DNA of 64,000 nt, from assembly GCA_965113315.1 (NCBI GenBank), contig OZ220371.1; one strand, written 5' to 3'. Of the stretch, positions 26,701 through 38,223 are shown one piece after another. Position 1 is the first letter of the stretch. Each line of letters starts with the position of its first letter. The translations under genes and the position numbers were made by a program. Under the pieces are notes generated by a model, which was not told the origin of the DNA, did not search any database, and saw only the letters and a list, made by a program, of their open reading frames with translations. Source of the stretch: Podarcis vaucheri. Taxonomy: Eukaryota.

Positions 26701-29700
26701 TAATCCGCTAATCCGTCAATGGGCTTGCTTTGCAAGACGAAAAAACCGCTAGACGAAGAGAATCACAGAACGGATTCTTTTCGTCTTGCAAGGCACCACT
26801 GTATCCAGTGTTAACAACAAAATCAATTGGGGGGTTGGAGAAGAGAAGCTGATATAATGTTTTCTCTGCACAATCTTGTGCACAAATACAGACTTACAAA
26901 ATGGGCTGGGCTACATTTTGATATGCTTTGCATAAAATTGTGGGTCTTTTGCCCTTCTGCTGCAATCCTATATCCATTTTCCTGGAATAAACCTCACTGA
27001 ACTCAATGAAACATTACTTCCTTGTAATCACGCACAGGACTGTACTGTAAGTGAGCTTGTTTGCAAAAGGCAGTTCTGAGTTAGATGCAGTTTATAAAGA
27101 TTCCATCCAGAAAGCCCATGTTTCAACCATACCTCCAAGTGTGTCTGTGGGCCGTACATGTCCCATATTTTTCTTCTTCTGACATCAATCCCTTTGCCTG
27201 GATGCTGAAAGATTCCATGTGTGAATTATCAGTTAAACTGTACCTTACTTTTTAGATACTCCTTCCAAAAACGATACAAACAGTGAACAGAATGCCACCA
27301 TACATCCTGAAATCAGCATAAATTCTACTAGTGTTTGCTCAATTTATACCCCGTTCTTCCTCCTAAAGGAGTCCAGGGCAGCACATGGAGCACAAATTGG
27401 AAGGAAAGTAGGGGACTCTCACAGGACCGATGCCTGATTGTAAAACCATATTTTTACCTTACCCCTCATCCCAATGTATTGCCTGATTCTACTTCATCAG
27501 CACTAAGACAAGTTTTTACAGTGGTGCCCCGCAAGACGAATGCCTCGCAATACAAAAAACTCGCTAGACGAAAGTTTTTTCCGTTCGCGATTTGCCTCGC
27601 AAGACGAATTTCCCCTATGGGCTTGCTTCGCAAGATGAAAACGTCTCGCGACTTTTTTTCTTTGACTAAAAACAAAGACATGTTTTGTTTATAAAGTTAA
27701 TTTATTTTCCCTTAAATTTTTGAACTGCTCTTTACAGTATGTGTGACTTTAAAGAGCAGTTAATAAACTGTTGTTGTACCAAATTTGGCTTTGTTTGGAC
27801 TTTTTTTGACCATAGGAACGCATTAATTGATTTTCAATGCATTCCTATGGGATTTCGTGCTTCGCAAGACGAAAAATTCGCTAGACGACAAAAATTGCGG
27901 AACGAATTAATTTCGTCTTGCGGGGCACCACTGTATACAGTATTTATGTGAGTCCTACAACAAAATGTTGCAGTTCATTGTCTCCTGTTAACAGAAATGC
28001 CCCTATTAAAGTCCCTTCGAGAATACTATGCACTGTTAGAGGCTGAAGCAGTGATTATACGTATCTGGGAGCTGGTTTTCTGCCAAAAGGTTTCCAAAAG
28101 CTTAAAATAAATCATAACACATAAATAGACACATACATTTAAAAATAAACAGATCCACGTCCCCTATGGCCTCAGCCAGCAGCCAAAGGCCCATTCAGAG
28201 GCTGCAAACCTTCAATCCCAAATAGAATACCATCTGAGCCACAACCATCGACCAGGCAAGAAGCAGCTGTAGAGAACCTGCTTTTCCCCACTGTCAGGGA
28301 ACTGCCATCCGAGGGACAGGTGGTGGAAGGGCTCACGGAGGCTGGGAGAGACTCAGCAGCTGAAGCAGGAACCAGCAGGGGGAGAGGTGGGTCTCTGGTG
28401 GAAGGGCTCACGGAGGCTGGGAGAGACTCAGCAGCTGAAGCAGGAACCAGCAGGGGGAGAGGTGGGTCTCAGAGGGAAAGCGAGCAAGAGGGAGGGCTCA
28501 GGGACACGTCCAGCGAGAACAGTGGGGAGGTTTCTGAACCTCCCATAGGGAGACCCACTCCTCGCCGGAAACTGTCACGCTGCGAGTCCAGAAGACGTGT
28601 TTCCGTTAAGGAGCTTTTATGCTGGAAGCGATTCCGAAAGCAACCACTGTCGGAATCTGCAAGTGACTAGAGCAGACATGTCTGAGGGGCTCCGTCACAG
28701 ACAGAGGTTTGTGGACTTGAACAAACTCTGAGGGACTACGATTTTACGCACAAGCAGCTCATCATCCCATCACACCCACCTTACCAGGAAAACCGTTCTG
28801 CTCCAACTGACCATTGTCCTGAGATTGCAGAAGTGAGAGAAAATATACTCTGAGCAGGCAGGCATAGCACTGAGGGATATAGCAACCCAGTGGTAATTCA
28901 GCTTATATAGCAGACACCTTCTGTTTCAACCTTTAAATGCCTGCTGAAAACTTGTCTATGCTGCTGGGTTGTTGCAGACACTGAAGCAAAATCTTTCTAT
29001 AATAGTTAGTTGTAGCCTTGAGTTTTAAATTTTTGTGTGCTTTTATTGTATTATAAAAAAATATTGAAGTTATTCACAATAATGAGGTAGCAGTATATAA
29101 ATGCTTTATAAAGAAATAAAATAAGTTGACAACTTCAAATTATTTACCCCCTCGTTGTTTAAAATGTGAACCAGGAGACCATTTCCACAGCCAAGATCCA
29201 CAAAAGACTGTTTCTTGGACAATCCTCTCTCAGCTCTCTCATCTTCCCAAAGGATCTAAGAAAAAGACAAAACCCGATTTTTAAAAAACCACTGGTGGCA
29301 AAACCAGCATTAATGAAAACTATAAAAAGGTTTGTTTACAGAAATCAAGATGATTTTCTAATGGTGTTTGCAACAGGGGTACGTGGCTACATTCTATTTT
29401 GACAAGAAGGATAAAGAAATGTCCATCTACATTCTTTAAGAAATGTAAGTCTCTGATTAGAGACTTCATTAACCCCCACATAAGTGGGGAGTTGCCTGTA
29501 CTAAGAATAGCTCTTAAAGGAAAAGAACACAGCTCAGTGCACAAAAAAAGAAGAAAATGCATAAACACACAAGACAAATGCTTAGTTCTTACTGCTTTGT
29601 CTTCTTGTGTGTCAATGCATTTTCTTCTTTTTGTGCACTGAGTTTTGTACTTTTCCTTTTCATACATATAACATACACATGATAAATAAAATATTTTAAA

Positions 29701-32700
29701 ACCCAAAGCCATCATCTCTCATTATCAGTCATCCCTTGGAAATGCATTTCCAAGCTGAGACCATTATTTCTGTCTCTATTTCAGACTTTTATATCAGCTG
29801 TGCATTTTAAAGTCAAATTCACATTTCCATTTGTTAAAATTCCATCTTGTCTTTTACAAGCACTATGTGAAATCTGTTTCTTTTTTCAAAAAAAAGATAA
29901 ATCTCCATTTTTAGAGATATTTTGTACACCACGCACCAGCAGGTATGAAGCTATAGCAACATCTTCATATACAAATTTTTCTGGATCTGTTACTTCAGGC
30001 CATACCTGCAGGTAAACGAGAAAAAATGACAATTCATTTAACTGTGAATATTCAGAATTGTACACACACATACAAAAAACCCACACATATCTACACATAG
30101 TAGATAGTAGTATCCCTCTCTGGCGATCACTTGTAGCCGAGAAAGATTGTCTTCCATGAATATGGTCTTAACGGTGTGTCCCTAAGTGACTGTGGAGGCC
30201 AATTCTGGATCCACAGATCCTTCCACAGTGGGGACATAGGTTTCTGGGCAGGGAATATACACACATACACAGCCCACAGAAAACTCAACAGAATGGTGGG
30301 CCTTTCTAGAAAGAGCCCCATTTTTGTAGATTCCACTGTAGGTCCACAGAGCCAGTTGTACGAATAAGAAGACGGGAATTGAGCAATGGCAGTTTGCCTC
30401 TTTGGCAAGGTTGGAGCATTTTGAGGGAGGGATGTTTTGGAGGCAAGCTGTTTTGAAAATCCCTAAAGGCAAGGCTTTTTGCTCATCACTGTGCCATATT
30501 ACAAATACTAACATTCCCCACCATACAAATATCTAGATATGGAGTGAAAGATTCCAATGAAGTTTCTTTAGCATGGATTCAGATTTGAAATACGAACACT
30601 GTCACATACATTTTAATAAAAAATTGAATAGCAAAAAGCTTATCTGGTCGTTCTGCTCTTTACCTTTACAATGTCTTTGTACTTTTCCTTTAGATCTTGA
30701 TAAATTTTGCTGTATCTAGCAACAGAAATGAGAGAGAGTGTGTTCTTAAATTCACGTTTTGTGGTCTCTGTGGACCATTTAGCAAGTTTTGGCAGCAGTT
30801 CACTTCCAAGCCATGATGTTTTAGGGCACAGAATTCCATCTGAAATGTAGTTTTCTGGAGGTGATGTAAACATTGAAATAGACCTTCAACGTTAAAAAAA
30901 GAAAAAAGGAAATCAGAGCTGCTCAATAATAAAGTGCTTGAAATCATCTGTGGCTCAGTGTGCGTCTGACTATGAATGATCAGGTATCAAAAACAGGAAG
31001 CTGCCTTTGAGGAATGGCTCTTGCATGTTTATGGTATGGGTGCATGAATTTAACTCTGTCAGCTAAACCTTTCTTTCCAGGAAAGGAGGAAATAAATAAG
31101 AGAAAGGATAATAGGCTTTGAGATGACTTGAGGGCCTAGCACACTACCTCATTAGCCTACCTTACTCAATGTTGTATGTGCTCATTCCTATCAGAAGACA
31201 AGGTAGAAAAATGACAGACAAGCCAAGCTGGACTTATGCCACCTATTTTTCTTAGTTTATATACGAATATATATACCCTGCTCTTGCACTGCAGACACAA
31301 TGCTTTTAGAAACACCCACAAAATCCATTAAACAAATCAATACAATCATAAAACCTTGAAGATCAAAGGCAAGAAAAGTAGATAAACCTCAAAACCTACA
31401 GAGGACTGGTCTCTTAAAAACTACTCGGTCTGACAAGGCCAAAACACCTGCTGGAAAAATGTTTGACCACAAGTCTGGAAGAAGGGAGGTCAACCAAATT
31501 TCCTGGAAAAGGGAATTCCAGTTTGGGAACAGCCATAGAGAATACGATCTGTGGCATCCCAAGCAATCATGCCTTTACTTTCCTGGGAATGTGAAGAACA
31601 GCCTTCCCTTTAGACCCTGAAGGGTCAGACTCATATTGGAAAGAAATGGTCCTTTAGGTACCATGGGCCCAAGCCACTTAGGGATTTAAAAGGTGGCCAG
31701 AGGTTATGTTTCCATGGACTTCCCCATGCAAAACACATTGCAACAAAACCAATCTGGCCGTAACAAAGGTCTATGTCATCATGGCTGGGTCCAACCTTCC
31801 TAATTTCTATTAAATGCAATTTTAAGTTTTAGGCTGGATATTTTTTAAAAGAGAGAAGCTTGGCATAACTGAACCACATTAATGAAACAAATTCAATAAA
31901 CTTTGAAGAAATATTTTTTCCCAAGTTAGCTGTCTGGGTAATAGAGATTCAGAGGTCTATAAGGAAAACAATGGGGGGGGGAGGAAATATCACCTTGCCC
32001 CCCAGTGATAAAACTGATAAATTAGGACGATAAAGAATTTCGTATTAGTGAAATCCTTTTTAAGACAACGGTTTACACTCTCAAAGAATGTGTTGCAGGA
32101 AGAGTTTTAGGTAATACAATCAATAGCATTATAGAACGATATATGCGTCCAACTTAAGTGCAATTGATTTGCGCATGAGTCTGGAAATAGATTCAAACCA
32201 GGAAATGGCAAGAGAGGTGGAGCGTTCTTGTGGCTCCCCAGGAGCCCAAAGAGGACTTCAGGGATGGTGGAAGCTCCAGACACTGGAGGCACAGTGGGGC
32301 TTTGTTTAGGTCTAGCAGCTGACGCAGGTGGTAGCGCAGCAGCTGCCGCCACTTTCCATATGTCCTCCAGCCGGCAGAGCTTCAACTCTAGTTGAAAGTT
32401 GATTGGAGAGAGAGTGGGGGTGGGGGGCGGGAATGGCATTTAGAGGCTTTTTAGAGGGTGCTTCCCATTTTCACTTATTCATGTGGGGGCCCAGAACATA
32501 ACCCTCATGTAAGTGTGGGACGCCTGTAGTTCTGTGTATTCTGTAGAGATATACAACACTTAGATCTGTGTGATGCAGCCTCTGACTCCTGTTATGTACA
32601 TGCTTCAGACTCCTTCATGTGAAATAAACTGACCCATGTTTAGAATTCTCACACCAAATGATATAACCAAGATGTGATAGAAACATTGGTCCCATCTGTG

Positions 32701-35201
32701 CAAAACTCAAGTTTTTTTTGCCATCCATGGAGATAAAAACGAAGCCTCGGATTCAGGATCACAAGTTATTAATCATGGAGAAACAGATGCTAGTATTTAT
32801 GGTACCGCAGAGCTGCAACTTACACAATTTACCTATGCCATTGCAGCTTTGAATGAGTGGCAGAAAAATTAATAAATGGGGAGTAGGGAAAAGTGCCAGA
32901 AGCAATGTTAGGAATTCCCCAGGTGCCAGGCACATTTTGCAACTGCCAAGGGTCCAATTATGACCATGTGGAGATCTCTGGATGCCAGACTGACAACTGA
33001 TGTCTCCTTCTGGTTGGCCCCACCAGCTTTCTTAAGCAGGTAAGGGGAGATTATTTACTGCATTTCTCTCCCACCTTTTTCCTCCAAGGAGTACACAGTT
33101 CACCCTCCTCAGTTAATCCCTACGAAAACCCTGTGAGGTAAGTTAAGAGGCTGTGCCTGGCCCAAGGTCACCCTGTGAGCTTTATGACTGACTGGGGATT
33201 TGAACCCCAATATCCATGGTCCTAGTCCGACACTAACCACACCACCACACTGGCTTCCTAGAGGACTTCTGCTATGGGGCTTCTCTATAAATTACCAGTA
33301 AGTAGGTAAACCACTTTGAGATTATTTTCTCAAAGTGGTATAGAAATGAAAATGTTAATCATAACAACAATAAATTTCATTTTTTAAAAAATACGTTCCG
33401 TTATGGCAACCATAACTTGGGTTTTAAGGTACCATTTGGTGATTAGCTGAGTTTCTATCACGGGTCGGAATGAGCCATCTCGAGATCTCAAAAGGCCTCA
33501 TTAGATCTTGCATGACCTCCCCGGAGCTGGGCAAGCAAGACAGATTACTTAAAAAGCTTTTCCTGTGCCAGATTTTCCTGCCCGAAAAGGGCTTTTAAGC
33601 CCACCACCTTGCTTACTGGATCTCATGGGAGGCTCCCACAGCCTTCCAGAGGCCTCAAACCTTTTCAGAACCTAGTAATGCAGTCACGCAGGGGTGGTTC
33701 CAGGGGTCTTCTGGACTTTGCAAAGTTTTGCCTTTGCAGGCAAACCCTTGGAATGCAACTCCTATGCAAGTTGTGGGCTTACTATATTACTGTTTTGCAT
33801 ACTAGCATTTAAGGGTGTTTATTTTCCACAAGTAATATGCTGTGCTCTGCCCTTAATACCATGACAGCAGGAGACAATTTTGGTATAAATAAATTTTATT
33901 GTAGCACCGTGCAGAAGTTTGGAGCACTCTTTTTCTAGGATGAGTATTCATGATTTTGCTTGCCTTAATTTGGGCCTCCATACTTTTGAGGCGGCAGTCC
34001 TATGTGTACAACTGGGAAACACTCCATATATCAGGGTAAGTCTGAGTAAACATACAGAGATAGGACTGCTTTTTAAATTTCATATATAGGCTAAATAGTA
34101 AAAATTATATACAGGTGGCAATTATTTTCTATGCGCTTAAGTGATGCGTGACTGCTGACACATACGCTGTTTTCAGCCCCAGAAGAGGATAGACCTGCAG
34201 TTGAACCCACACATAAATGGGGAGTTGCCTGTATGCCACCTCAATTATAAATGCTTTTTATGCTACCAAAGTAGTGAAATAGGTTTAGGTGTGTCAGGAA
34301 GCAGTCAACTGCTTATATTTCAATGTGTAAGTTGGGTGTGCATGATTTTTATTTAATGGTTTCATAAATTTCCAAAAATGTTATACTCTAGCCACCACAC
34401 ACACCGTAATAATTCCACATGACAAATACATTCCAAAGAGTGAAAAATCTTCTCAGCACCCACCATTCATTGTCTTGTGTATGCAGAAGTCGAACTTGAT
34501 AAATATTGCTCTTCATGATCTTGTATTTCCCATCATGGGTTTGTACCAATGGCAAAAAAGTTACGGTCCCATTAAATATATCTGTAAATATTTCACAACA
34601 GTAGGTTTTATTTACCTTTGGGAAACAGAGTAGTGTTTAAGACTTACGTAGCATACATCATATTGCTGCAAACTTTACAATAACATTGTAAGTAGGCCAG
34701 CATTATATTGCATCATATTGCAGCATTATATTGCATCATATTGCTGCAACCTTTACAACAACATTGTAAGCAGGCCAACACCCTATTGTGGATGGCTGTG
34801 GAGGCTCTTGCCATTTGATGCTCAAGCCCTTTCCTAGCAAGGCCCAATGCTTAATTTCCCACCTGCGCTGAACATAGAAATACACAGTGCTGCTAGTTAG
34901 CGGAGCCACACTGACACAAGGAAGCCATTGCCTATACAGTGGTAACTCTGGTTACATACTTAATTCGTTCCAGAGGTGCACTCTTAACCTGAAGCACCAC
35001 TTTAGCTAATGGGGCCTCCCGCTGCCACCGCCATGCAATTTCTGTTCTCATCCTGAAGCAAAGTTCTTAATCTGAGGTACTATTTCTGGGTTAGCGGAGT
35101 CTGTAACCTGAAGCGTATGTAACCTGAGGTACCACTGTAGTAATAAGGTGTCTCTGCCCACCAAGATCAAGCACATAGCTGATTTTTGAATTTACTGACT
35201 T

Positions 35202-35237
<36 letters not shown>

Positions 35238-36429
35238 TGATATATATATATCCAATACTTTTCATTTTGGATGTTCTGAATGTTTTCTCTTTGCTTTGGG
35301 CCAGTTTGGACAAAGCTAGGGCTCACCCAAACTTCCGCTTGCCACATTGCTTCCACCCGCCCCAAGAAACCCGCTTTTTACAGCTGAATCAGAGCAAACG
35401 TGAACTGGATTTTCCGCAGATGGACGACTGCTCCCAATTCAGCAGCAAAGAGCAAGTTTTCCTGGGGGAAGTGGTGGGCCAAACGGGAAACTGCTCAGAC
35501 CTGTGTTTTCTAGGCATGGGCCAAGTGGAACTGTGGACAAGCCCTTAGCGTTCTCCGTTTGCTCCGCACAGAGTGGCTCCTGTATACCTGAAGGAGCGTC
35601 TCCACCCCCATCGTTCTGCCCGGACACTGAGGTCCAGCTCCAAAGAGGGCCTTCTGGCAGTTCCCTCGCTGCGAGAAGTGATGTTACAGGGAACCAGGCA
35701 GAGGACCTTCTCGGTGGTGGCGCCCGCCCTGTGGAACACCCTCTCAGCAGATGTCAAGGCAATAAACAACTATTTTACTTTTAAAAAACAGCTGAAGTTT
35801 AGGGAAGTTTTTAATGTCTGATGCTGTATTGTTTTTAACACTCGATTGGAAGCTGCCCAGATGGGCGGGGTGTAAATTATTATTATTATTAGCCTTCCAC
35901 GGCGGAAAACCTGACTGCCTTCTATTGTCACTCTGCCCTACATTTCGCGGCGGGGCATACAAGCAAAGCCCCTCAACCCGCCCAAGGTCCGAGCTCGCTC
36001 TGGGGAGCCGCAGCCGACGCGAGGCAGGGCCGAAGCGGCCGCCCCGATCCCCCCCCCTCCTCCTCCTTCCGCCCCGAAGTCACCTTTGACGACCATCTCC
36101 CTGGCGGGCGCGGGAGAGCAAGCCTTGGGCACGAGCGTCCGGAGCACCACCTCCAGCTCCTCCTCGGCGGGGCCGGCGAGGCCCAGGGCTTCGAAGTCCT
36201 CGCGGCAGCAGCGGCAGAAGGCCTCGCACGCGGCCTCCAGCGCCCGCCTGCCGGGGCTCCCCTCCCCGCCTGCCCCGGGCCGAGCGGCCCGCCAAGCCCC
36301 GTCCTGCCGAGCGCCGCACAGCCGCTTGTTGGCCACCTGGGGCTTCTCCAGCCACACGCCCACCGCCGCCCAGAAGCCCCCCGGGAGCAGCGCCGAGCCC
36401 CGCAGGGAGGCCTCCGCCAGCAGCTCCAT
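11510..36429 (-). CDS. TRMT44: tRNA (uracil-O(2)-)-methyltransferase TRMT44, whole coding span (11 coding exons, ~654 aa)
   Basis: Spliced translation matches recalled vertebrate TRMT44 motifs: GFWAAVGVWLEKPQVANKRL, VWPEVTDPEKFVYEDVAIASYLL, SAM motif SFVDLGCGNGLL, DWLIGNHSDELTPWIP, LRIPSTKR, C-terminal CCCH finger. All introns are GT-AG with consistent phases; exon sum 1965 nt. Confidence 0.96.
12470..13165. mobile_element. Tc1/mariner-type MITE family A, interrupted by a nested MITE
   Basis: Host sequence resumes after the insertion with a duplicated TA. Confidence 0.85.
12496..12947. mobile_element. Tc1/mariner-type MITE family B (TIR CCGTATTTTTCGCCCTATAGG), nested
   Basis: 21-bp perfect TIR, TA TSD, internal direct repeats. 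Confidence 0.9.
13822..14201 (+). mobile_element. L2-clade LINE 3' end
   Basis: VLTFKA...YLKERL...RTLRSS; AT-rich (TAT)n tail; homologues at 35580, 53135 and 24009. Confidence 0.75.
14289..14527. mobile_element. hAT-type element (older)
   Basis: Imperfect TIR CAGCGGCATAGCT / AGCTACGCCTCTG, degenerate 8-bp TSD. Confidence 0.55.
14661..14777 (-). CDS. TRMT44: TRMT44 coding exon 10
   Basis: (E)SLPLSEIAEHLDKDTLKRLKNEYGGLQTLLRNNHQVFE. Confidence 0.94.
15500..16380 (+). mobile_element. degraded L2-type LINE RT-region fragment
   Basis: LVLLDTLETFKTISHGILLDCL...LQWFWSFL resembles the L2 RT motif LLDLSAAFDTIDHGILL. Confidence 0.55.
16590..18031 (+). mobile_element. CR1 LINE remnant: ORF1 (Cys finger/coiled coil + esterase) joined to the ORF2 3' end
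   Basis: TCAMF...TCRKCKLAALLEEKVQQLE, SDSLLRGTE, VCCLPGAKI, LLIHVGT; then [29 protein letters not shown]; CR1 3' UTR. Confidence 0.85.
19859..20210 (+). mobile_element. Sauria SINE
   Basis: Same family, small deletion in the B-box region. Confidence 0.85.
20674..21058 (-). CDS. TRMT44: TRMT44 coding exon 9
   Basis: VCLIGTSRTY...GFLPRGKEQVRNCTTLP...WNRG; 385 nt open, donor GTGAG. Confidence 0.92.
21437..21939. mobile_element. Tc1/mariner-type MITE family C (TIR CAGTGGTGCC.CGCAAGAC)
   Basis: TA TSD, TIRs, repeated CAAGACGAA motifs, GC-rich interior. Confidence 0.85.
23455..23638 (-). CDS. TRMT44: TRMT44 coding exon 8
   Basis: SSYSCRYFLLPCCFFDFYGKYNRRQSKKTQYREYLDF...LRIPSTKR. Confidence 0.95.
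23814..24280. mobile_element. hAT-type MITE split by an L2 3' end and the assembly gap
   Basis: Perfect TSD GGTCAGAG on both sides; L2 fragment at 24009-24216 (minus). Confidence 0.8.
23872..24008. other. assembly gap
   Basis: Run of N. Confidence 1.
24586..24604 (-). promoter_or_regulatory. CTCF consensus-like site
   Basis: Minus strand GCCACCAGGGGGCAGCAG matches the CTCF core; motif only, occupancy unknown. Confidence 0.45.
25109..25244. mobile_element. palindromic hAT-type MITE (TIR CAGGCTTCCTCAA)
   Basis: TSD TTCTAAAT/TTCTAAAG. Confidence 0.8.
25543..25643 (-). CDS. TRMT44: TRMT44 coding exon 7
   Basis: ENTVSPDNLYPDVDWLIGNHSDELTPWIPVIAA(R). Confidence 0.95.
27133..27204 (-). CDS. TRMT44: TRMT44 coding exon 6
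   Basis: HPGKGIDVRRRKIWDMYGPQTHLE. Confidence 0.95.
27519..27933. mobile_element. Tc1/mariner-type MITE family C
   Basis: TA TSD, perfect TIR CAGTGGTGCCCCGCAAGACGAA, AT-rich interior. Confidence 0.85.
28159..28774 (+). mobile_element. LTR-like remnant with a perfect 75-bp tandem duplication (28321-28395, 28396-28470)
   Basis: GC/purine-rich block in an AT-rich intron, ends ...CATCACA; the duplication is seen directly, the boundaries are uncertain. Confidence 0.45.
29148..29255 (-). CDS. TRMT44: TRMT44 coding exon 5 (SAM-binding motif)
   Basis: ILWEDERAERGLSKKQSFVDLGCGNGLLVHILNNEG. Confidence 0.95.
29520..29654. repeat. imperfect inverted repeat (~60-bp arms)
   Basis: CTCAGTGCACAAAAA..GAAGAAAATGCAT pairs with ATGCATTTTCTTCTTTTTGTGCACTGAG. 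Confidence 0.75.
29937..30005 (-). CDS. TRMT44: TRMT44 coding exon 4
   Basis: VWPEVTDPEKFVYEDVAIASYLL, 69 nt. Confidence 0.95.
30105..30256 (-). mobile_element. RTE-clade LINE 3' end
   Basis: Minus strand encodes CPHCGRICGSRIGLHSHLGTHR*, an RTE-type C-terminal zinc finger, followed by a short tail. Confidence 0.7.
30664..30883 (-). CDS. TRMT44: TRMT44 coding exon 3
   Basis: SISMFTSPPENYISDGILCPKTSWLGSELLPKLAKWS...KEKYKDIVK; AG/GT boundaries in phase. Confidence 0.93.
34464..34581 (-). CDS. TRMT44: TRMT44 coding exon 2
   Basis: (D)IFNGTVTFLPLVQTHDGKYKIMKSNIYQVRLLHTQDNE(W); acceptor TTTACAG, donor GTGGGT. Confidence 0.9.
34937..35137. mobile_element. Tc1/mariner-type MITE, family A
   Basis: TA-flanked, homologous to other family A copies. 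Confidence 0.8.
35202..35251. repeat. compound (TC)n(TG)n(TA)n microsatellite
   Basis: Seen directly. Confidence 0.9.
35580..35890 (+). mobile_element. L2-clade LINE 3' end
   Basis: RTFSVVAPALWNTL; (TAT)n tail. Confidence 0.75.
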
Positions 36430-37680
36430 GGCGGGCGGCGCGGGTTGACGACGTCACATCCGGGCGAGGAGCTGTCCCCGCCCCGCTCTTCCGCTCCATC
36501 TCACCCAGAGAGCTATGAAAAAGGTCAAGAGCGGCGCGCTTCCCTTGCTCGTGGGGATATTCCGGGAGGAGTCGCTTGCAAGAACAACAACGAGAGATAA
36601 GAAACCTCTTCCCCTTTGGCACCATTTGGAGGAAGCAACATAGAATCCTGGGGGAGTTGGGAGGGACCTCCAGAGGTCATCTAGCCCAACCCCCGGGCAA
36701 TGCAGGAATCTGAACCAACGCATCCACGGCAGGTGGCCATCCAACAAACAGGGGGCAAGGCAGGATTTCCATGTCACTTCACGGCGGCTGCAAAGCTCTC
36801 ACCGCCGAAGAAAAGGCAGCCGCAGGTGCGGAAGTCAGCGCGATTCTCCGCGCCGCAAGCCGCCCTGGGGTCTTGGGCTGAGAGGCGGCGTCTCGTAAGT
36901 TCAGACACGGATTGAGACCCGTCAGAGGCGACGGAGAGCCCAGGCGCGCTGCAGGAAGCCCGTTCAGTCCGGGGCTGGCTTGGATGCGCGCCCCGGGGCT
37001 CCGCGGGAGGCGGCGCTGAGCGCTTCTGCGCGCGTCCTATCAGAGGGCGGGGCGTGTTTCTTTGCGCGCGCTCGGGGCGGGGCGCGGAGCGAAGTCTGTC
37101 GCCGTCGGGGAAGGTGCGCAGCGCGGCGACCTCGCGTTTTCCGTGACCGTGGAGAGACGGTGGGTGCGGGTGCCTCAAGTCCCGGGGGAGTCGGCGGGGG
37201 CCTCCCACCTCTTTCCCCTTCGCGCAGAAAAGGGCTGCTTGGCGGCGCCTCCCCCCCCCCCCAGCCTCCCGCTCACTTGCGCGCAGTGGCGTAGCGTGGG
37301 AGGTGCAGGGGGGCCGGGCGCACCGGGCGCAACATCTGGGGTTTAGGGTTAGGGGGCGCAAATCCACGGGTCAGGGGGCGCAAATTACTTGCCTTGCCCC
37401 GGGTGCTGACAACCCACGCTACGCCACTGCTTGCGCGACTCGCCGCAAGATCCCCTCGGGGACCTTTGCCGCGAGTGGGAAGGGGCGCAAACGCGTCGCT
37501 GGAAAAGGAGCCCCGGCTGGCTGCTGCGTGCGCCGGGGCTCCGCGGGGGCTGGAGGGCCGCCTTGCGCGCCTTGGCTGGGGAAGCGCCCTTGCCCGGAGT
37601 GGGAGCTGCTTGCCCAACGAACCTGTCCGATTGCGCAGTCCGTGGAAGTTGGACTCGGGCGCTGCCTTGCATAAGTAGCG
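35940..37680. promoter_or_regulatory. CpG island, bidirectional TRMT44/ACOX3 promoter
   Basis: Very CpG-rich. CRE/ATF-like GACGTCAC and ETS-like CATCCGG/CTTCCG lie just 5' of the TRMT44 ATG; GC boxes GGGCGGGG at ~37045-37085. Candidate non-coding ACOX3 first-exon donors at 37160 (GTGGGT) and 36895 (GTAAGT). Confidence 0.8.
36084..36429 (-). CDS. TRMT44: TRMT44 coding exon 1
   Basis: MELLAEASL...AREMVVK, donor AAG|GTGAC; lies in CpG island; ends phase 1. Confidence 0.9.
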
Positions 37681-37882
37681 ATTACCTGCTTATGAAAGCA
37701 ATGGCACGAGAGGCAGTGAACGTGTCAACAGGCCCATAAACCAGCTGCTCCTTCTTGTATCTAAGCACCCCTTGTAGCTTTCTTTGTGCAGGGTCAAAGT
37801 TTATTTACATTGACCAAAGACAGTTCCCGTATCCAGTCAGAGAGAGAAAAGGGAACGTTTTTAGCAGCAGCAACCTCTCTTT

Positions 37883-38223
37883 TAAAGGTAAAGGGACCCC
37901 TGACCATTAGGTCCAGTCGTGGCCGACTCTGGGGTTGTGGCGCTCATCTCGCTTTACTGGCCGAGGGAGCCAGCGTACAGCTTCTGGGTCATGTGGCCAG
38001 CAGGACTAAGTCGCTTCTGGCGAACCAGAGCAGCTCACGGAAACACAGTTTACCTTCCCACCGGAGTGGTACCTATTTATCTACTTGCACTTTGACGTGT
38101 TTTCGTATTGCTAGGTTGGCAGGAGAAGGGACCGAACAACGGGCGCTCACCCTGTCGTGCGGATTCGAACTGCCGACCTTCTAATCAGCAAGTCCTAGGC
38201 TTTGTGGTTTAACCCACAGCACC
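37883..38223 (-). mobile_element. Sauria SINE
   Basis: Reverse complement copy. Confidence 0.85.

Noticed and set aside
34655-34780. Imperfect ~46-bp duplication with CATTATATTG repeats
   Set aside because: Ordinary slippage-type local duplication in an intron, with no spacer structure.
37338-37356. TTAGGG-like repeats (also ~38635-38651)
   Set aside because: Only about two units each; too short to call interstitial telomeric sequence.
36080-37739. Several 100-200 aa ORFs across the TRMT44/ACOX3 CpG island
   Set aside because: Shadow ORFs from stop-codon depletion in GC-rich DNA; only TRMT44 exon 1 has homology support.
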